Virus record (IMG/VR): IMGVR_UViG_3300035498_000877
Coordinates: 1 to 64,000 of that record
Reading direction: 5' to 3' (one strand)
Length of the DNA stretch: 64,000 nt
DNA from: a virus
Taxonomy: Duplodnaviria; Caudoviricetes
The position numbers and the translations under genes were made by a program. The first letter of the stretch is position 1, and every line of letters starts with the position of its first letter. Positions 50,089 through 60,165 of the stretch are shown one piece after another. The notes below the pieces were generated by a model that saw only the letters and a list, made by a program, of their open reading frames with translations, did not search any database and was not told the DNA's origin.

Positions 50089-53000
50089 ATGGCTAAATCA
50101 AAAGGATTAGTTAAAGATGTATTTATGACTGATCTTCCAGAAGATATTCAATATATAATTACTGATGTCAATAAGATGATATCAAATATAATTGATAATA
50201 CATTGAATAATAAAAAAGCATATGATGATTTGAAGAGTTCTAGTTGGGCTATGAGTTGCTTAAAAGATTTCAAAACAGCTCCTTCTGCTAAAGGAGATGT
50301 TGGATCTGCTAGAATATATAAAAGAGGAAATAAATATGATACTATGATACAGGTTACTGGTCATTTCAGAAACCATCAGTATGGATGGATTGAAGAATTA
50401 CTTCATGATTTTGTACGAGATGTTCATCAGTCTGTAAAGACAGAAGTACGTAAACGTCATAAGCTGACAATTAAAGATGAAGGTACTGGTGGAGATAGTA
50501 ATGAAGGATTTGATTTGTATCTAAGTAATAAACAGTCAAAAGAGTTATGGGATAAATTTGAAGATAGAAAAGCTAAATTTATTTCTGAATCATTTGATCT
50601 TATTGATAGTGATGATGAGGATGATGACATTACTAATTTTAATGAGAAGTCACATGGTAAACTAAAGTTTGATTATCGTAAAGGATATGATGTAGATACT
50701 GGTCATAAGATAATGATTGTGTATTCACTTGATAATATCAATATTACATTTCCTGGTCATGCACATGGGTTAGACTATAGTGATGTTAAAGATAAACTAG
50801 ATGATCCTGAAATTCAGAAGTTAAATAGAGAAGCTGAACAGAATATTGCTAAGAAAGGAAATCTTGATCATCAATCATATGGTCAGAAGATATTGGCTAT
50901 CAAAGATTTAGTTACTAATAAAACTCTTAAGAGTTGTAGATATGTAGGATTATTTGATCCTGATCACAAACATCCTGAAGCAATGAAGTTAACTGATGAG
51001 CAGATTAAATATGCTCAATCACATTTCCATATCTTTTCTATTAAAGTGGGAGATGTTGAGACAGAAGATCAGAAGAATTTCAAATCTTCTAAAGCATATA
51101 AGATGAATATTGTTGGTAATGATAATCTGAATGAACCTAAGATTACAATTGGTGAGAAACATCTTAAATCAGGTAGAGGTGCTAAGTTGGATGATATTGA
51201 CCCAACCAAGAAACCAATAACATACAATCATCCATCTGCAAAGGATCTTAAAAAGAATCCTGATCACTACACAAAAGAAGATGTAGATCTTATATTAGAT
51301 GCAATTAATTCTCAAGCTTTCAATAATGAAGAATTTGATGAAAAATCACATGGAAAGTTGAAATATTCATTCAGAATGTCAGTGAATTACAAAAATGGTC
51401 ATTTTATAAAAATTGTATTTGATTTGAAACCAGAAGATATATCACAAGTAGGTACTTTTGATGATCAAGACTATAAAAATTTTAATTCATTTTTAAAAGA
51501 TAAAGAAATAATTAAAAATATAAATAAAAATGGATCAACTAATTTTTCTGGTACTGGAACTGTAATGGGAATTGTTGATATGGATACACATGAGAATTTA
51601 AAAACTGTATCGACTATAGGAATACTTGGCGGATCTCAAACCACATTTGAAAAATATCTACCAAAATCAAAATATTATGACAGAAGCAAAAATAATTTTG
51701 GTGAATATTTAAGAGCTGATAGAGAGAAAATTGCTGCTGAGCTTAATTTAAATCCACCAGATGCAATCACATATACAGTTGGTGAGAAATGTAAAGTTCC
51801 TGTTTATAGATCAACATTGGCATCAAATACTATAAATGCTGTATTCAATAATGAACATTCTCCATATGGCAAAGGAGTTAAAGGTGGCTCTTATCCTAAA
51901 TCTAGCGTTATAAAAAGCAATAATTGGCATGGAAGAAATAGCGATATATCTGTTAATACTGCTATTAAACAATTAGAGAAAGAATTTGATAACGTTAAAG
52001 CAATTGCTACTAAATATCCTGATTTACAAGGAGATGTGGATAAAGTTGAAAAAGATTTTGATTATGTAAAAAAGGAAATATCTAAAAATGTTGATGAAAA
52101 ATATGGACAATCAATATCAAATCCAACATATAAATATTATCATTACTATTTAAAGAACGACATAGATAATTTAAAATTATCTATAAATCATAAAAAAGGA
52201 ATATGGGAATCAATAGATATAAATTTATATGAAAAAGATAATATTGATTTTGAAGAATCTGCTGATAATTCACCAGCTGTTCATAATCAGGGTAAGAGAA
52301 TGTTAGCTGCTCTATCCAAGGAATATATTGGAGAGAATGCTAAAAAGATTAACCAGTATGGTGCTAATACATTTGCTAATATCATTACCAAGAATCTATT
52401 ACCATCATGGGGTGGAGCTTTTAGAAAGTTATCTATACAAATAGATACTAAATCAAATGGTATTGTTGAGTTTAAGATTCCTACAATGTCAATTGATTTC
52501 ATCTCTAGATATATTAATGGTAGAGAACCACTGGAAGCATTTCTTCACAGAGTACCCGAAATTAAAATACGTATGTCAGCTGATGTATTCAATACAATGA
52601 AAGACCCTAATGATGCTTATAACTTTTTCTTAGCAGCTGTTAAGTATTATGATATTAAAGTAAATAAATATGCTAATAAATTAATGGCTGAAGCAATGAG
52701 AATGGATACAGCTATGAAGCATCTTATATCAACTACTAAACTCAGTGGATTAGTATCATATTCATTACAGTTATTATTTATATTTGATAAAGTGGATATG
52801 AGTAATAATAAGACATTTGAAATAGATAAATCTGATATTGATACTGTAAATAAGTTCTTTAGGAATATCTATACATCTTATGCTGACCCTGAGAAAGAAA
52901 AGAATAAGGTACTTAAAGATCTCAAAGATATGGTTAGTTCATTGACTGAATCATGTGAATGGGATGATAATATTAAAACCATATCATATCTTCCAGAAGA

Positions 53001-53436
53001 AGTTGGTAAATTGTTTGATGGAAAGTATAATGAAATGATAAAACATTATACTGATTTATGGTACAATGAACAAATCGACTGGCAAGATATGAGAACTACT
53101 GAAGGACAGTTAAAATACATTAGAGAAAAATTTGGTGTTAAGAAATTGAAAAAGATTCCTAAGGATATAGTTGCATATATTCAAATTGAAACTGAAGCAA
53201 TTGAAACATCAAATGATAAAATGATGATTGCTTCTTATTGTTTATCTAAATTGGAGATTGTTGAATGGTATATCGAATTGATAGATACAGATAATAAGAA
53301 GTATATAGTTCCACATACACGTGCATATCTTGTTGATGTTAGAACTCAATTACTGAAATGCTACAAAGAAATTATGGATACTAAGATTGATAAGAATGCT
53401 GGTAAAATAAAAGTAAGTGATGAGTATTATATTTAA
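50089..53436 (+). CDS. Large putative head polyprotein with 2 SHG modules
   Basis: FNE-KSHGKLKFDYR and FDE-KSHGKLKYSFR modules homologous to those in 24541..27738; flanked by ISES and IWES/FEES sites. Confidence 0.6.
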   Translation: MAKSKGLVKDVFMTDLPEDIQYIITDVNKMISNIIDNTLNNKKAYDDLKSSSWAMSCLKDFKTAPSAKGDVGSARIYKRGNKYDTMIQVTGHFRNHQYGWIEELLHDFVRDVHQSVKTEVRKRHKLTIKDEGTGGDSNEGFDLYLSNKQSKELWDKFEDRKAKFISESFDLIDSDDEDDDITNFNEKSHGKLKFDYRKGYDVDTGHKIMIVYSLDNINITFPGHAHGLDYSDVKDKLDDPEIQKLNREAEQNIAKKGNLDHQSYGQKILAIKDLVTNKTLKSCRYVGLFDPDHKHPEAMKLTDEQIKYAQSHFHIFSIKVGDVETEDQKNFKSSKAYKMNIVGNDNLNEPKITIGEKHLKSGRGAKLDDIDPTKKPITYNHPSAKDLKKNPDHYTKEDVDLILDAINSQAFNNEEFDEKSHGKLKYSFRMSVNYKNGHFIKIVFDLKPEDISQVGTFDDQDYKNFNSFLKDKEIIKNINKNGSTNFSGTGTVMGIVDMDTHENLKTVSTIGILGGSQTTFEKYLPKSKYYDRSKNNFGEYLRADREKIAAELNLNPPDAITYTVGEKCKVPVYRSTLASNTINAVFNNEHSPYGKGVKGGSYPKSSVIKSNNWHGRNSDISVNTAIKQLEKEFDNVKAIATKYPDLQGDVDKVEKDFDYVKKEISKNVDEKYGQSISNPTYKYYHYYLKNDIDNLKLSINHKKGIWESIDINLYEKDNIDFEESADNSPAVHNQGKRMLAALSKEYIGENAKKINQYGANTFANIITKNLLPSWGGAFRKLSIQIDTKSNGIVEFKIPTMSIDFISRYINGREPLEAFLHRVPEIKIRMSADVFNTMKDPNDAYNFFLAAVKYYDIKVNKYANKLMAEAMRMDTAMKHLISTTKLSGLVSYSLQLLFIFDKVDMSNNKTFEIDKSDIDTVNKFFRNIYTSYADPEKEKNKVLKDLKDMVSSLTESCEWDDNIKTISYLPEEVGKLFDGKYNEMIKHYTDLWYNEQIDWQDMRTTEGQLKYIREKFGVKKLKKIPKDIVAYIQIETEAIETSNDKMMIASYCLSKLEIVEWYIELIDTDNKKYIVPHTRAYLVDVRTQLLKCYKEIMDTKIDKNAGKIKVSDEYYI

Positions 53437-53440
53437 TATT

Positions 53441-53469
53441 AGAAAGGGAGATAAAATATCTCCCTTTCT
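53441..53469 (+). terminator. Terminator hairpin
   Basis: AGAAAGGGAGATA-aaa-TATCTCCCTTTCT. Confidence 0.7.
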
Positions 53470-53498
53470 TATATAATGAAACTAAAGGAGGTATTACA

Positions 53499-55217
53499 AT
53501 GGAAATATCTTTTGAAGACATTAATTATTTGGAAAATTTCCAATATACTAGGGACTACTTCGAAATGCAACAAGCAATAGCACAATATAATCTATATAGT
53601 ATGTATTTAGAATCACTTCAGTTTGGTACCAATAATTCTGATAATGAAGCTATTACTGGATCAACTTATTTTGTAGAAGATATTAGTAATTTAATAGATA
53701 AAGCAAAAGCTGTAGGTAAAAGGATATCTGATGCATTTTTCAAAGTAGTAGATTGGTTTAAAAGTATATGTAGTCGATTTGTAAATTGGATAAAGAATGT
53801 AGTTGGTAAAAATAAAACTAACACAAAGGAAGAAACTGTAACACAAGCTAAAAATATTATTAATAAGATGGATAAAAATACATCTATAAAATGGAATACT
53901 ACTAATAATGATGATGGTGTTGATATGGACAAAGTTGAAAAGTATATTGATAAAATATTAAATTCAATGTATGATAAAGCAATAAAATATAATCCAAAGG
54001 GATCTAAAGCCAGTGATATTCTCATTAATGCATGTGAATTGATTAATAATAACATTATGCCACAGAGTAAAATGATATTATCAAGTATTTATTATAGGCT
54101 AGAAGAAAAAACTTTGGCTGGTGATTTGTATAAAATTTCTGATAACAAGGAAGCATTTTATGATGCAGATATTCTATCTAAAATACAATCTCAATTTCAA
54201 TTTAAAGTTTCTGATGGGATTAAGTCTAATTATAATACATTCGGGAAAACCATAGATATTGATAAATCTATTAAAGAATATTTAGCTAATATAAAATCTG
54301 ATTTATTTAAATGGATTAATGAAATTAGAGCATTTTATAAAGATGAAATACAGAAATTGGAAGCTGGCTTTAATAATGATTCAACTAATACTCAATCATC
54401 TGATAATAACAATTCGACAAAGAACAAGAAATCAGTAGCCATGCAATTATATGATATTCATATGGAAGCTAATGAAGATTTGAATATTCCATTTAAAGTT
54501 AATAATCTCAGTAAAAAGCATTTTTATAAATACCCTTTCAATTTTACTGAAGCCGAACTTGGGAAAATTACTGAGGAATTTTATAATGATATGCAATTTA
54601 TAGCAAATGAGATATATGATAGCGATGGTAAACTTAATGAAAATGAAATAATTGGATCTAACTCACTAATTGCTGTATTACATGGAAATATGTATTTAGA
54701 AAAATCAGCAATACCATCTGAATATATTGATTATATATCAACACTTGGATTAGATTTAGGAATTAAATATGCAACTAGATTATTAGATTCTTATTTAACC
54801 ATAGTAACATTAAGAGATATGCAATATGTAGAATCATTACGCCAACAGATATCTTCAATATATGCATACCACAACATTAATGAAGGTGATGATGGTATAC
54901 CATTATCAATTAATTATGTGGAATCCACAAAAGATTTTGATAAAATCAAAAATGATATGTTCGCAAATATACCTGAATTGCGAAATCAATGGGATTCTTT
55001 TAAAGATACTAGAGATAGTGTTTGGATAGAATTGAATAAAAATCCACCATCACGAAATGGCTCAAGTATTAATATTGATTCAGAGCAATCATTAATTAAT
55101 TATATTACCAAAGTTGGTGAATGTACATCTATATTGGCAAAATTAGTTAATAAATATAAAATTTACTGCCATAAATATATGAAACTAGTTAATATTTACA
55201 TACAAAATAATTATTAG
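53499..55217 (+). CDS. Putative internal head protein
   Basis: Acidic propeptide ending YFVE-D, then an amphipathic helix (KRISDAFFKVVDWFKSICSRFVNWIK), as in processed inner-head proteins of giant phages. Confidence 0.5.
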   Translation: MEISFEDINYLENFQYTRDYFEMQQAIAQYNLYSMYLESLQFGTNNSDNEAITGSTYFVEDISNLIDKAKAVGKRISDAFFKVVDWFKSICSRFVNWIKNVVGKNKTNTKEETVTQAKNIINKMDKNTSIKWNTTNNDDGVDMDKVEKYIDKILNSMYDKAIKYNPKGSKASDILINACELINNNIMPQSKMILSSIYYRLEEKTLAGDLYKISDNKEAFYDADILSKIQSQFQFKVSDGIKSNYNTFGKTIDIDKSIKEYLANIKSDLFKWINEIRAFYKDEIQKLEAGFNNDSTNTQSSDNNNSTKNKKSVAMQLYDIHMEANEDLNIPFKVNNLSKKHFYKYPFNFTEAELGKITEEFYNDMQFIANEIYDSDGKLNENEIIGSNSLIAVLHGNMYLEKSAIPSEYIDYISTLGLDLGIKYATRLLDSYLTIVTLRDMQYVESLRQQISSIYAYHNINEGDDGIPLSINYVESTKDFDKIKNDMFANIPELRNQWDSFKDTRDSVWIELNKNPPSRNGSSINIDSEQSLINYITKVGECTSILAKLVNKYKIYCHKYMKLVNIYIQNNY

Positions 55218-55248
55218 AATAGAAGAGGGATTAAATCCCTCTTCTATT
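55218..55248. terminator. Bidirectional terminator hairpin
   Basis: AATAGAAGAGGGAT-taa-ATCCCTCTTCTATT. Confidence 0.8.
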
Positions 55249-56346
55249 TTATAATCTTTCATTCAGGAAATCTATAATATTGCTAATAAGCAAATCGACT
55301 ACTGATTCTTTGATTCTACATCCAGCAGCTTTTGGATGTCCGCCTCCACCAATAGGAGCAGCTATCTCAGTACCTATATTGAAATCATCTTTTACAGATC
55401 TCATCTCAATTGTTTGTGAATCATTGTAGAAAGATACTTGGAATATGATATCATACTCAGGATGATTTGCCAAGAAGCTATTTCCTATTTCAGATATATT
55501 AGCTCCAATGATTGGGAAGATTAATAAACACTTCTTTCCTTTTACATCAAATTTATACATATCTTCTGGAACTAGCTGTGATATAATATTCTTTTCTTTT
55601 TCGATTTTTCTGTTGATAATAAACTTAACATCATTACTGCATTCAAGATAGTAGTCTGGTTCAGATGTATCATGACTTTTCAATGTTGATTTTTCATAAT
55701 TATCACAGAATAAATCCATCTCTAATAATATGAATAATTGAAATAATTTCTTTGCGGCAATATTGTTAGTCTGTTTCCACTCATATGTATCATATGATCT
55801 AATCAGATCTACTATATAAGCAAGCCAATCATTTTTCTCGAATATTCTTTGTCTTCTTTCTGATGGATAGAAGTGATCCATTTCATCTATCTTTTTACCT
55901 GATTTTAATGCTAATTCACCTATTGAAAGTAACTCACAGAAATGCTGATATAATAATGATGTACCAGATTGCATAATTCCCAATTCGTTTTCTGGCACAA
56001 TGTGAGCATTCTCTATAATATGCTCAGCAAAGAAATTAGACCTATGATGATCATAGATAATAATCGAATTTGCCAAGAATGGAAATTCATTTATAATCTT
56101 TAATAATGTTTCCCTATTTGGAGATATATCAGCAAAATAAATATTTGTTTTTGCACTTATTTTCTCTGATGCAAGTGATTCTACAATTGTATTATATGCC
56201 ACTTCATCAATATTGCCATTGCTGCAATTTAATACATCATAGTCAAGACCTTTAAGATACTTAAGTGAGTCATACCACAAATCAAATACAATTCTGCATC
56301 CTGCTCCATCCAAATCGTCATGTGTAAATAAAATAGCTTTTAACAT
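55249..56346 (-). CDS. DHH/DHHA1-family phosphoesterase
   Basis: THDDLDG, FADIS, YDHH, GGGHPKAAG motifs. Confidence 0.9.
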   Translation of the reverse strand: MLKAILFTHDDLDGAGCRIVFDLWYDSLKYLKGLDYDVLNCSNGNIDEVAYNTIVESLASEKISAKTNIYFADISPNRETLLKIINEFPFLANSIIIYDHHRSNFFAEHIIENAHIVPENELGIMQSGTSLLYQHFCELLSIGELALKSGKKIDEMDHFYPSERRQRIFEKNDWLAYIVDLIRSYDTYEWKQTNNIAAKKLFQLFILLEMDLFCDNYEKSTLKSHDTSEPDYYLECSNDVKFIINRKIEKEKNIISQLVPEDMYKFDVKGKKCLLIFPIIGANISEIGNSFLANHPEYDIIFQVSFYNDSQTIEMRSVKDDFNIGTEIAAPIGGGGHPKAAGCRIKESVVDLLISNIIDFLNERL

Positions 56347-56433
56347 TTTTTATTATCCTCCTTTAAATTATGAAATACTTGTTTGTTTTTACTTTCTATA
56401 TAAATAATATATAAATGAAAGGAGGAATTATAG

Positions 56434-57240
56434 TTGTCCGACATAAAAAAGATAAATGGTAAGTATTATGACTTCGGATGTTCTAATGAAAGTTTCTTAT
56501 TGACAGCAAAAGAATTAAAACAATTAGGTGTTAAGAATTATTATTTCATGCTAAGAATAGATAATCCTAGAGTTGCTGATATAGATCCTTTTAAGAAAGA
56601 TATAACTAGACAAGAAATAGAAGCACTACTCCAAGAGTTCAAAGGAAATATGTGGTCATTTATGAGAATGGCAGTTAGAATGAGAACTGATAAAGGAATA
56701 GTTCCATATGGACTTCATAGAGGATTAGCAGCTGCATGTTGGTGTTTTGAAAGATCACAAGATAACTGTTTATGTGAGCCACGACAAACATGGAAAACAA
56801 CTGGTATTATAGCGGGTCCTATTCAATGGGCTTTCCAATTATCTACTAACTTGAAAGGTCATTTCTTTGGAAAGGAAACTGATAATACAAAACGAAACTT
56901 AGCTACATTAAAAGATGATATTGATCTACTTCCAGAATGGTTAAATTTTAAACGCTTTATGGATGATGATGGCAAGATGAAAAAAGCCAGACAAGCAACT
57001 GAAGCATTACAAAATAATTTATTCCATAATAGTATAGAGATACATCCTAAACCAACATCACTATCTCATGCTCAAGGTATGGGACGTGGTGGTTCTGGTG
57101 CAATATTGTATTTTGATGAAATTGAACATACACCATTCGTTGGAGAAATTATTTCCAACTCGGCTCCATTATATAAAACAGCATCCGAGAATGCTGCAGC
57201 TGCAGGTAAGGCTCACTGCCGTCTGTTCAGTTGCACACCT
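56434..57240 (+). CDS. terL: Terminase large subunit, exon 1 (ATPase)
   Basis: TTG start after AAAGGAGG; PRQTWKT Walker A, GRG, LYFDEIEH Walker B, FSCTP coupling motif ending at the 5' splice U. Confidence 0.85.
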
Positions 57241-58806
57241 AAAGTGAAATTTGAATTATTTTATAAATTACTTGTGTAAAAAGTCAACCGTGAGGTCACC
57301 ATTGAAATAAAATATGATAATATGAAAGGTGATTCTTATGGAAAATAAAACTTCATTCAAAAAGATTACATACCCTGGAGTACCAGAAAACAAATATCTT
57401 ATATCTGAGAAAGGTGATGTATTTAGTACATTTTTAAATAGATGCTTAAAACCTGATACTGATAAAGATGGATATTTCAAAGTTTACCTCGGGGGCAAAC
57501 ATTACATAGTTCATCGTCTTGTTGCATGGGAATTTTATCCAAAAACAAGGGATTTGAAACTATGTGTTGATCATATAGATGGCAATAAGCAAAATAATTA
57601 TTACAAAAATCTAGAATGGGTCACTATTAAAGAAAATACCAGAAGAGCAGAAGCAATGGGATTACGAAATGTTCGTGGAGAAGCTAATGGACATACTAAA
57701 TATAGTGAAGAATTAGTTCATGATATTTGCAAGTTATTAGAAGAAGGATATAATGAAATCGAAGTTTGGCGCAAAATAAATGATACCAATAGGCCTCTTA
57801 AAACTAGAGATGATTATTCATTATATCATTTAATTTATCGACTTAAAAAAGGAACTATATGGCCTGATGTTATTAAATTATATAAAATTGATAAAGATGC
57901 TAATCATAAATCAAAATGTAACTTTATACCAAACCAAAATAGTCGATTCACAGAAGAACAAATTCATTATATATGCAAATCAGCTTTAGAAGAAAAAACT
58001 CCATATGAAATTTTAAAATCAATGGGTATTGATAAAACTAATAAAGATTTTAAAAGATATGCTGGGGCCATACATTCAATATTGAGAGGTACAAATTGGA
58101 GAATTATTAGTGATCAATATTTTGATTTTGATAATATGAATAAGAAACATCCAACAAAATATGATATCGATAATGCTGTTATATATTCATCTATTGATAT
58201 GGGCATGGACTTCAAATCAATAATAAAAATGTATGGAATTAATAAAAAACAAGATGATCCCAATTTATATAGAGCTCTTAGACGAAGATATCATAATTAT
58301 ACTGTTATGAAAAAATTGAAGAATGAAGATGTTGTAGAAATATATGATATGGATGATGAAAATACATGGACTATCATCCAATAAAATAATTCAAAGACTG
58401 GGTGGCTATTCAGTAATGAATAGTACCAATCCAAAGTGAATTGCGGGGAGTTCCTTAGAGCTTTATGTACCAAACTATCATAGTGATATAGATAGTGGAT
58501 GAAGTAATTACTCATGTATGGTAAAAAGCATAAAGATTGGATAATCACGCAGCTAAGTATCTCAAATGAGATAAAAGTTCAACGACTATCCCTCGGGCCT
58601 AACAAGCCAACAGGAGTACGGCCACAAGTTAACGGTGGCGGGTGAGATTCCCTTAATTGGAAGCGCTTGCTCCATATTAATGATGGATGAAGATATAGTC
58701 TCGGCTGTAGAAATACACTTCATACTTGAAATAGTATGTCGTCTACCGAGAGGTAGAGAAGTTCATAAGAGAACTGCATAGTGTTGCGAACTATGTGAAG
58801 GATACG
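57241..58806 (+). mobile_element. Group I intron (1566 nt) in terL
   Basis: Exon ends CACCU; terminal G at 58806; core elements AAUUGCGGGGA (P), AAUCACGCAGC (Q), GUUCAACGACUAU (R), AAGAUAUAGUC (S); splicing restores CTP-GNLDT in frame. Confidence 0.9.
57338..58384 (+). CDS. Intron-encoded HNH homing endonuclease (NUMOD4/HNH, I-HmuI-like)
   Basis: YLISEKG, VHRLVA, VDHIDGNKQNNYYKNLEWVT..EN; repeated C-terminal HTH-like units. Confidence 0.92.
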   Translation: MENKTSFKKITYPGVPENKYLISEKGDVFSTFLNRCLKPDTDKDGYFKVYLGGKHYIVHRLVAWEFYPKTRDLKLCVDHIDGNKQNNYYKNLEWVTIKENTRRAEAMGLRNVRGEANGHTKYSEELVHDICKLLEEGYNEIEVWRKINDTNRPLKTRDDYSLYHLIYRLKKGTIWPDVIKLYKIDKDANHKSKCNFIPNQNSRFTEEQIHYICKSALEEKTPYEILKSMGIDKTNKDFKRYAGAIHSILRGTNWRIISDQYFDFDNMNKKHPTKYDIDNAVIYSSIDMGMDFKSIIKMYGINKKQDDPNLYRALRRRYHNYTVMKKLKNEDVVEIYDMDDENTWTIIQ

Positions 58807-60147
58807 GGAAACTTGGATACCCGTGAAGGTAAAGAGTCGCTCCCAATTATTAAATCTATGATACCATGGAGTGAAAAGATTTATGATATGACAGATGAAC
58901 AAATAGCTGAATATAAATCAGCTTTCAAAGATGAATATCATAATTCTCCTGAGCAACATACTCGTGAAGTAATTGATGTATTCTATATTGAATATCAATA
59001 TTTCCAAGTAAGAAAAACATATCAGTGGGTAATGGAACAATATGCATTATCTGGTGATAAGATGGCAATCAGACGTGAGATTTTATTACAAAGACTTAGG
59101 GGTTCCGATAAATCTCCTATTGATCCAGAGGATCTTGAGTATTTAATTGCTAATATGACTAAATCAACTGATGATATTATTATCAATAATAAATGGCTAT
59201 TCAAATTATATGAACATGGACAAGGATTGACAAATGGTATCAAGAAAGCATTTGATGAGAAGATTCCATACATTGTTGGTATTGATCCATCAGCTGGTGG
59301 TGGTGGAGATAACTTTGCTATTGAAATTGTTAATCCTTATAACTTGAAAATTGCTGCTGAATTCAAATCTCCATACTTAACAGCTATTCAAGCATGTAAA
59401 TTATTAATTTCACTAGTAGAGAATTATATTCCAAGAGCAGTACTTATTCCTGAAAAAAATAGTATGGGTATATATCTAATTCAAATGATATGTGAGACTT
59501 CAATTAAAGGAAACTTATATTGGTCTGAAAAAGGACAAGAACTTGAAGAAATGGTATCTGAAAATGCTAATGACGCTGAACTTCAAAAATTATCAGTTCA
59601 ATACAAGAAATATGGAACTTATTTAACTAAGAAAATCAGAGATGCTATGTTTGAATTATTATTTACTCATGTTAGGGAGTGTAAAGATATATTGAATACC
59701 GAATATCTGGTAGAGGATATTTGTAAGTTACAGAAATCATCTACAGGTAAAATTGCTGCACTTGATGGTGAACATGATGATTCATTGATGGCATATCTTC
59801 ATGCAATTTATTTATATTATACTGGAGATAATCTTCCTAGATTTGGTATTATTAAAAATGATCATCCTATCTTTGGAAAGATTGAAGAAGATACTGATGA
59901 TAAAATCGAAAATCAATCTGGCTTGTCACAAATGTTCTCAGTAGAGCAATGTTCATTTGATGAATTTGTAATGCAGGATGCTGCTAGAGTTGAGAATGAA
60001 ATAAAAGATATGGTATCATCATTAAGCTTTGTAAATAATGATGTATATAATAAAGATAATAGCAATAATATAAATGAATATGATGATACAGCATCATTAC
60101 CAGCACATTTTTTTGATGTCATTAATGACTTAGATTACACATATTAA
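58807..60147 (+). CDS. terL: Terminase large subunit, exon 2 (nuclease)
   Basis: YIVGIDPSAG..D, IPEKNSMG, HDDSLMA RNase H-like motifs; spliced protein about 715 aa. Confidence 0.88.
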   Translation, partial: GNLDTREGKESLPIIKSMIPWSEKIYDMTDEQIAEYKSAFKDEYHNSPEQHTREVIDVFYIEYQYFQVRKTYQWVMEQYALSGDKMAIRREILLQRLRGSDKSPIDPEDLEYLIANMTKSTDDIIINNKWLFKLYEHGQGLTNGIKKAFDEKIPYIVGIDPSAGGGGDNFAIEIVNPYNLKIAAEFKSPYLTAIQACKLLISLVENYIPRAVLIPEKNSMGIYLIQMICETSIKGNLYWSEKGQELEEMVSENANDAELQKLSVQYKKYGTYLTKKIRDAMFELLFTHVRECKDILNTEYLVEDICKLQKSSTGKIAALDGEHDDSLMAYLHAIYLYYTGDNLPRFGIIKNDHPIFGKIEEDTDDKIENQSGLSQMFSVEQCSFDEFVMQDAARVENEIKDMVSSLSFVNNDVYNKDNSNNINEYDDTASLPAHFFDVINDLDYTY

Positions 60148-60165
60148 AATAGAAAGGAGATAAAT

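Noticed and set aside
57241-57279. terL as two separate genes or a pseudogene (ORF-track ends 57279 and starts 58795)
   Set aside because: These ORF extensions lie within the group I intron; splicing 57240 to 58807 restores one frame.
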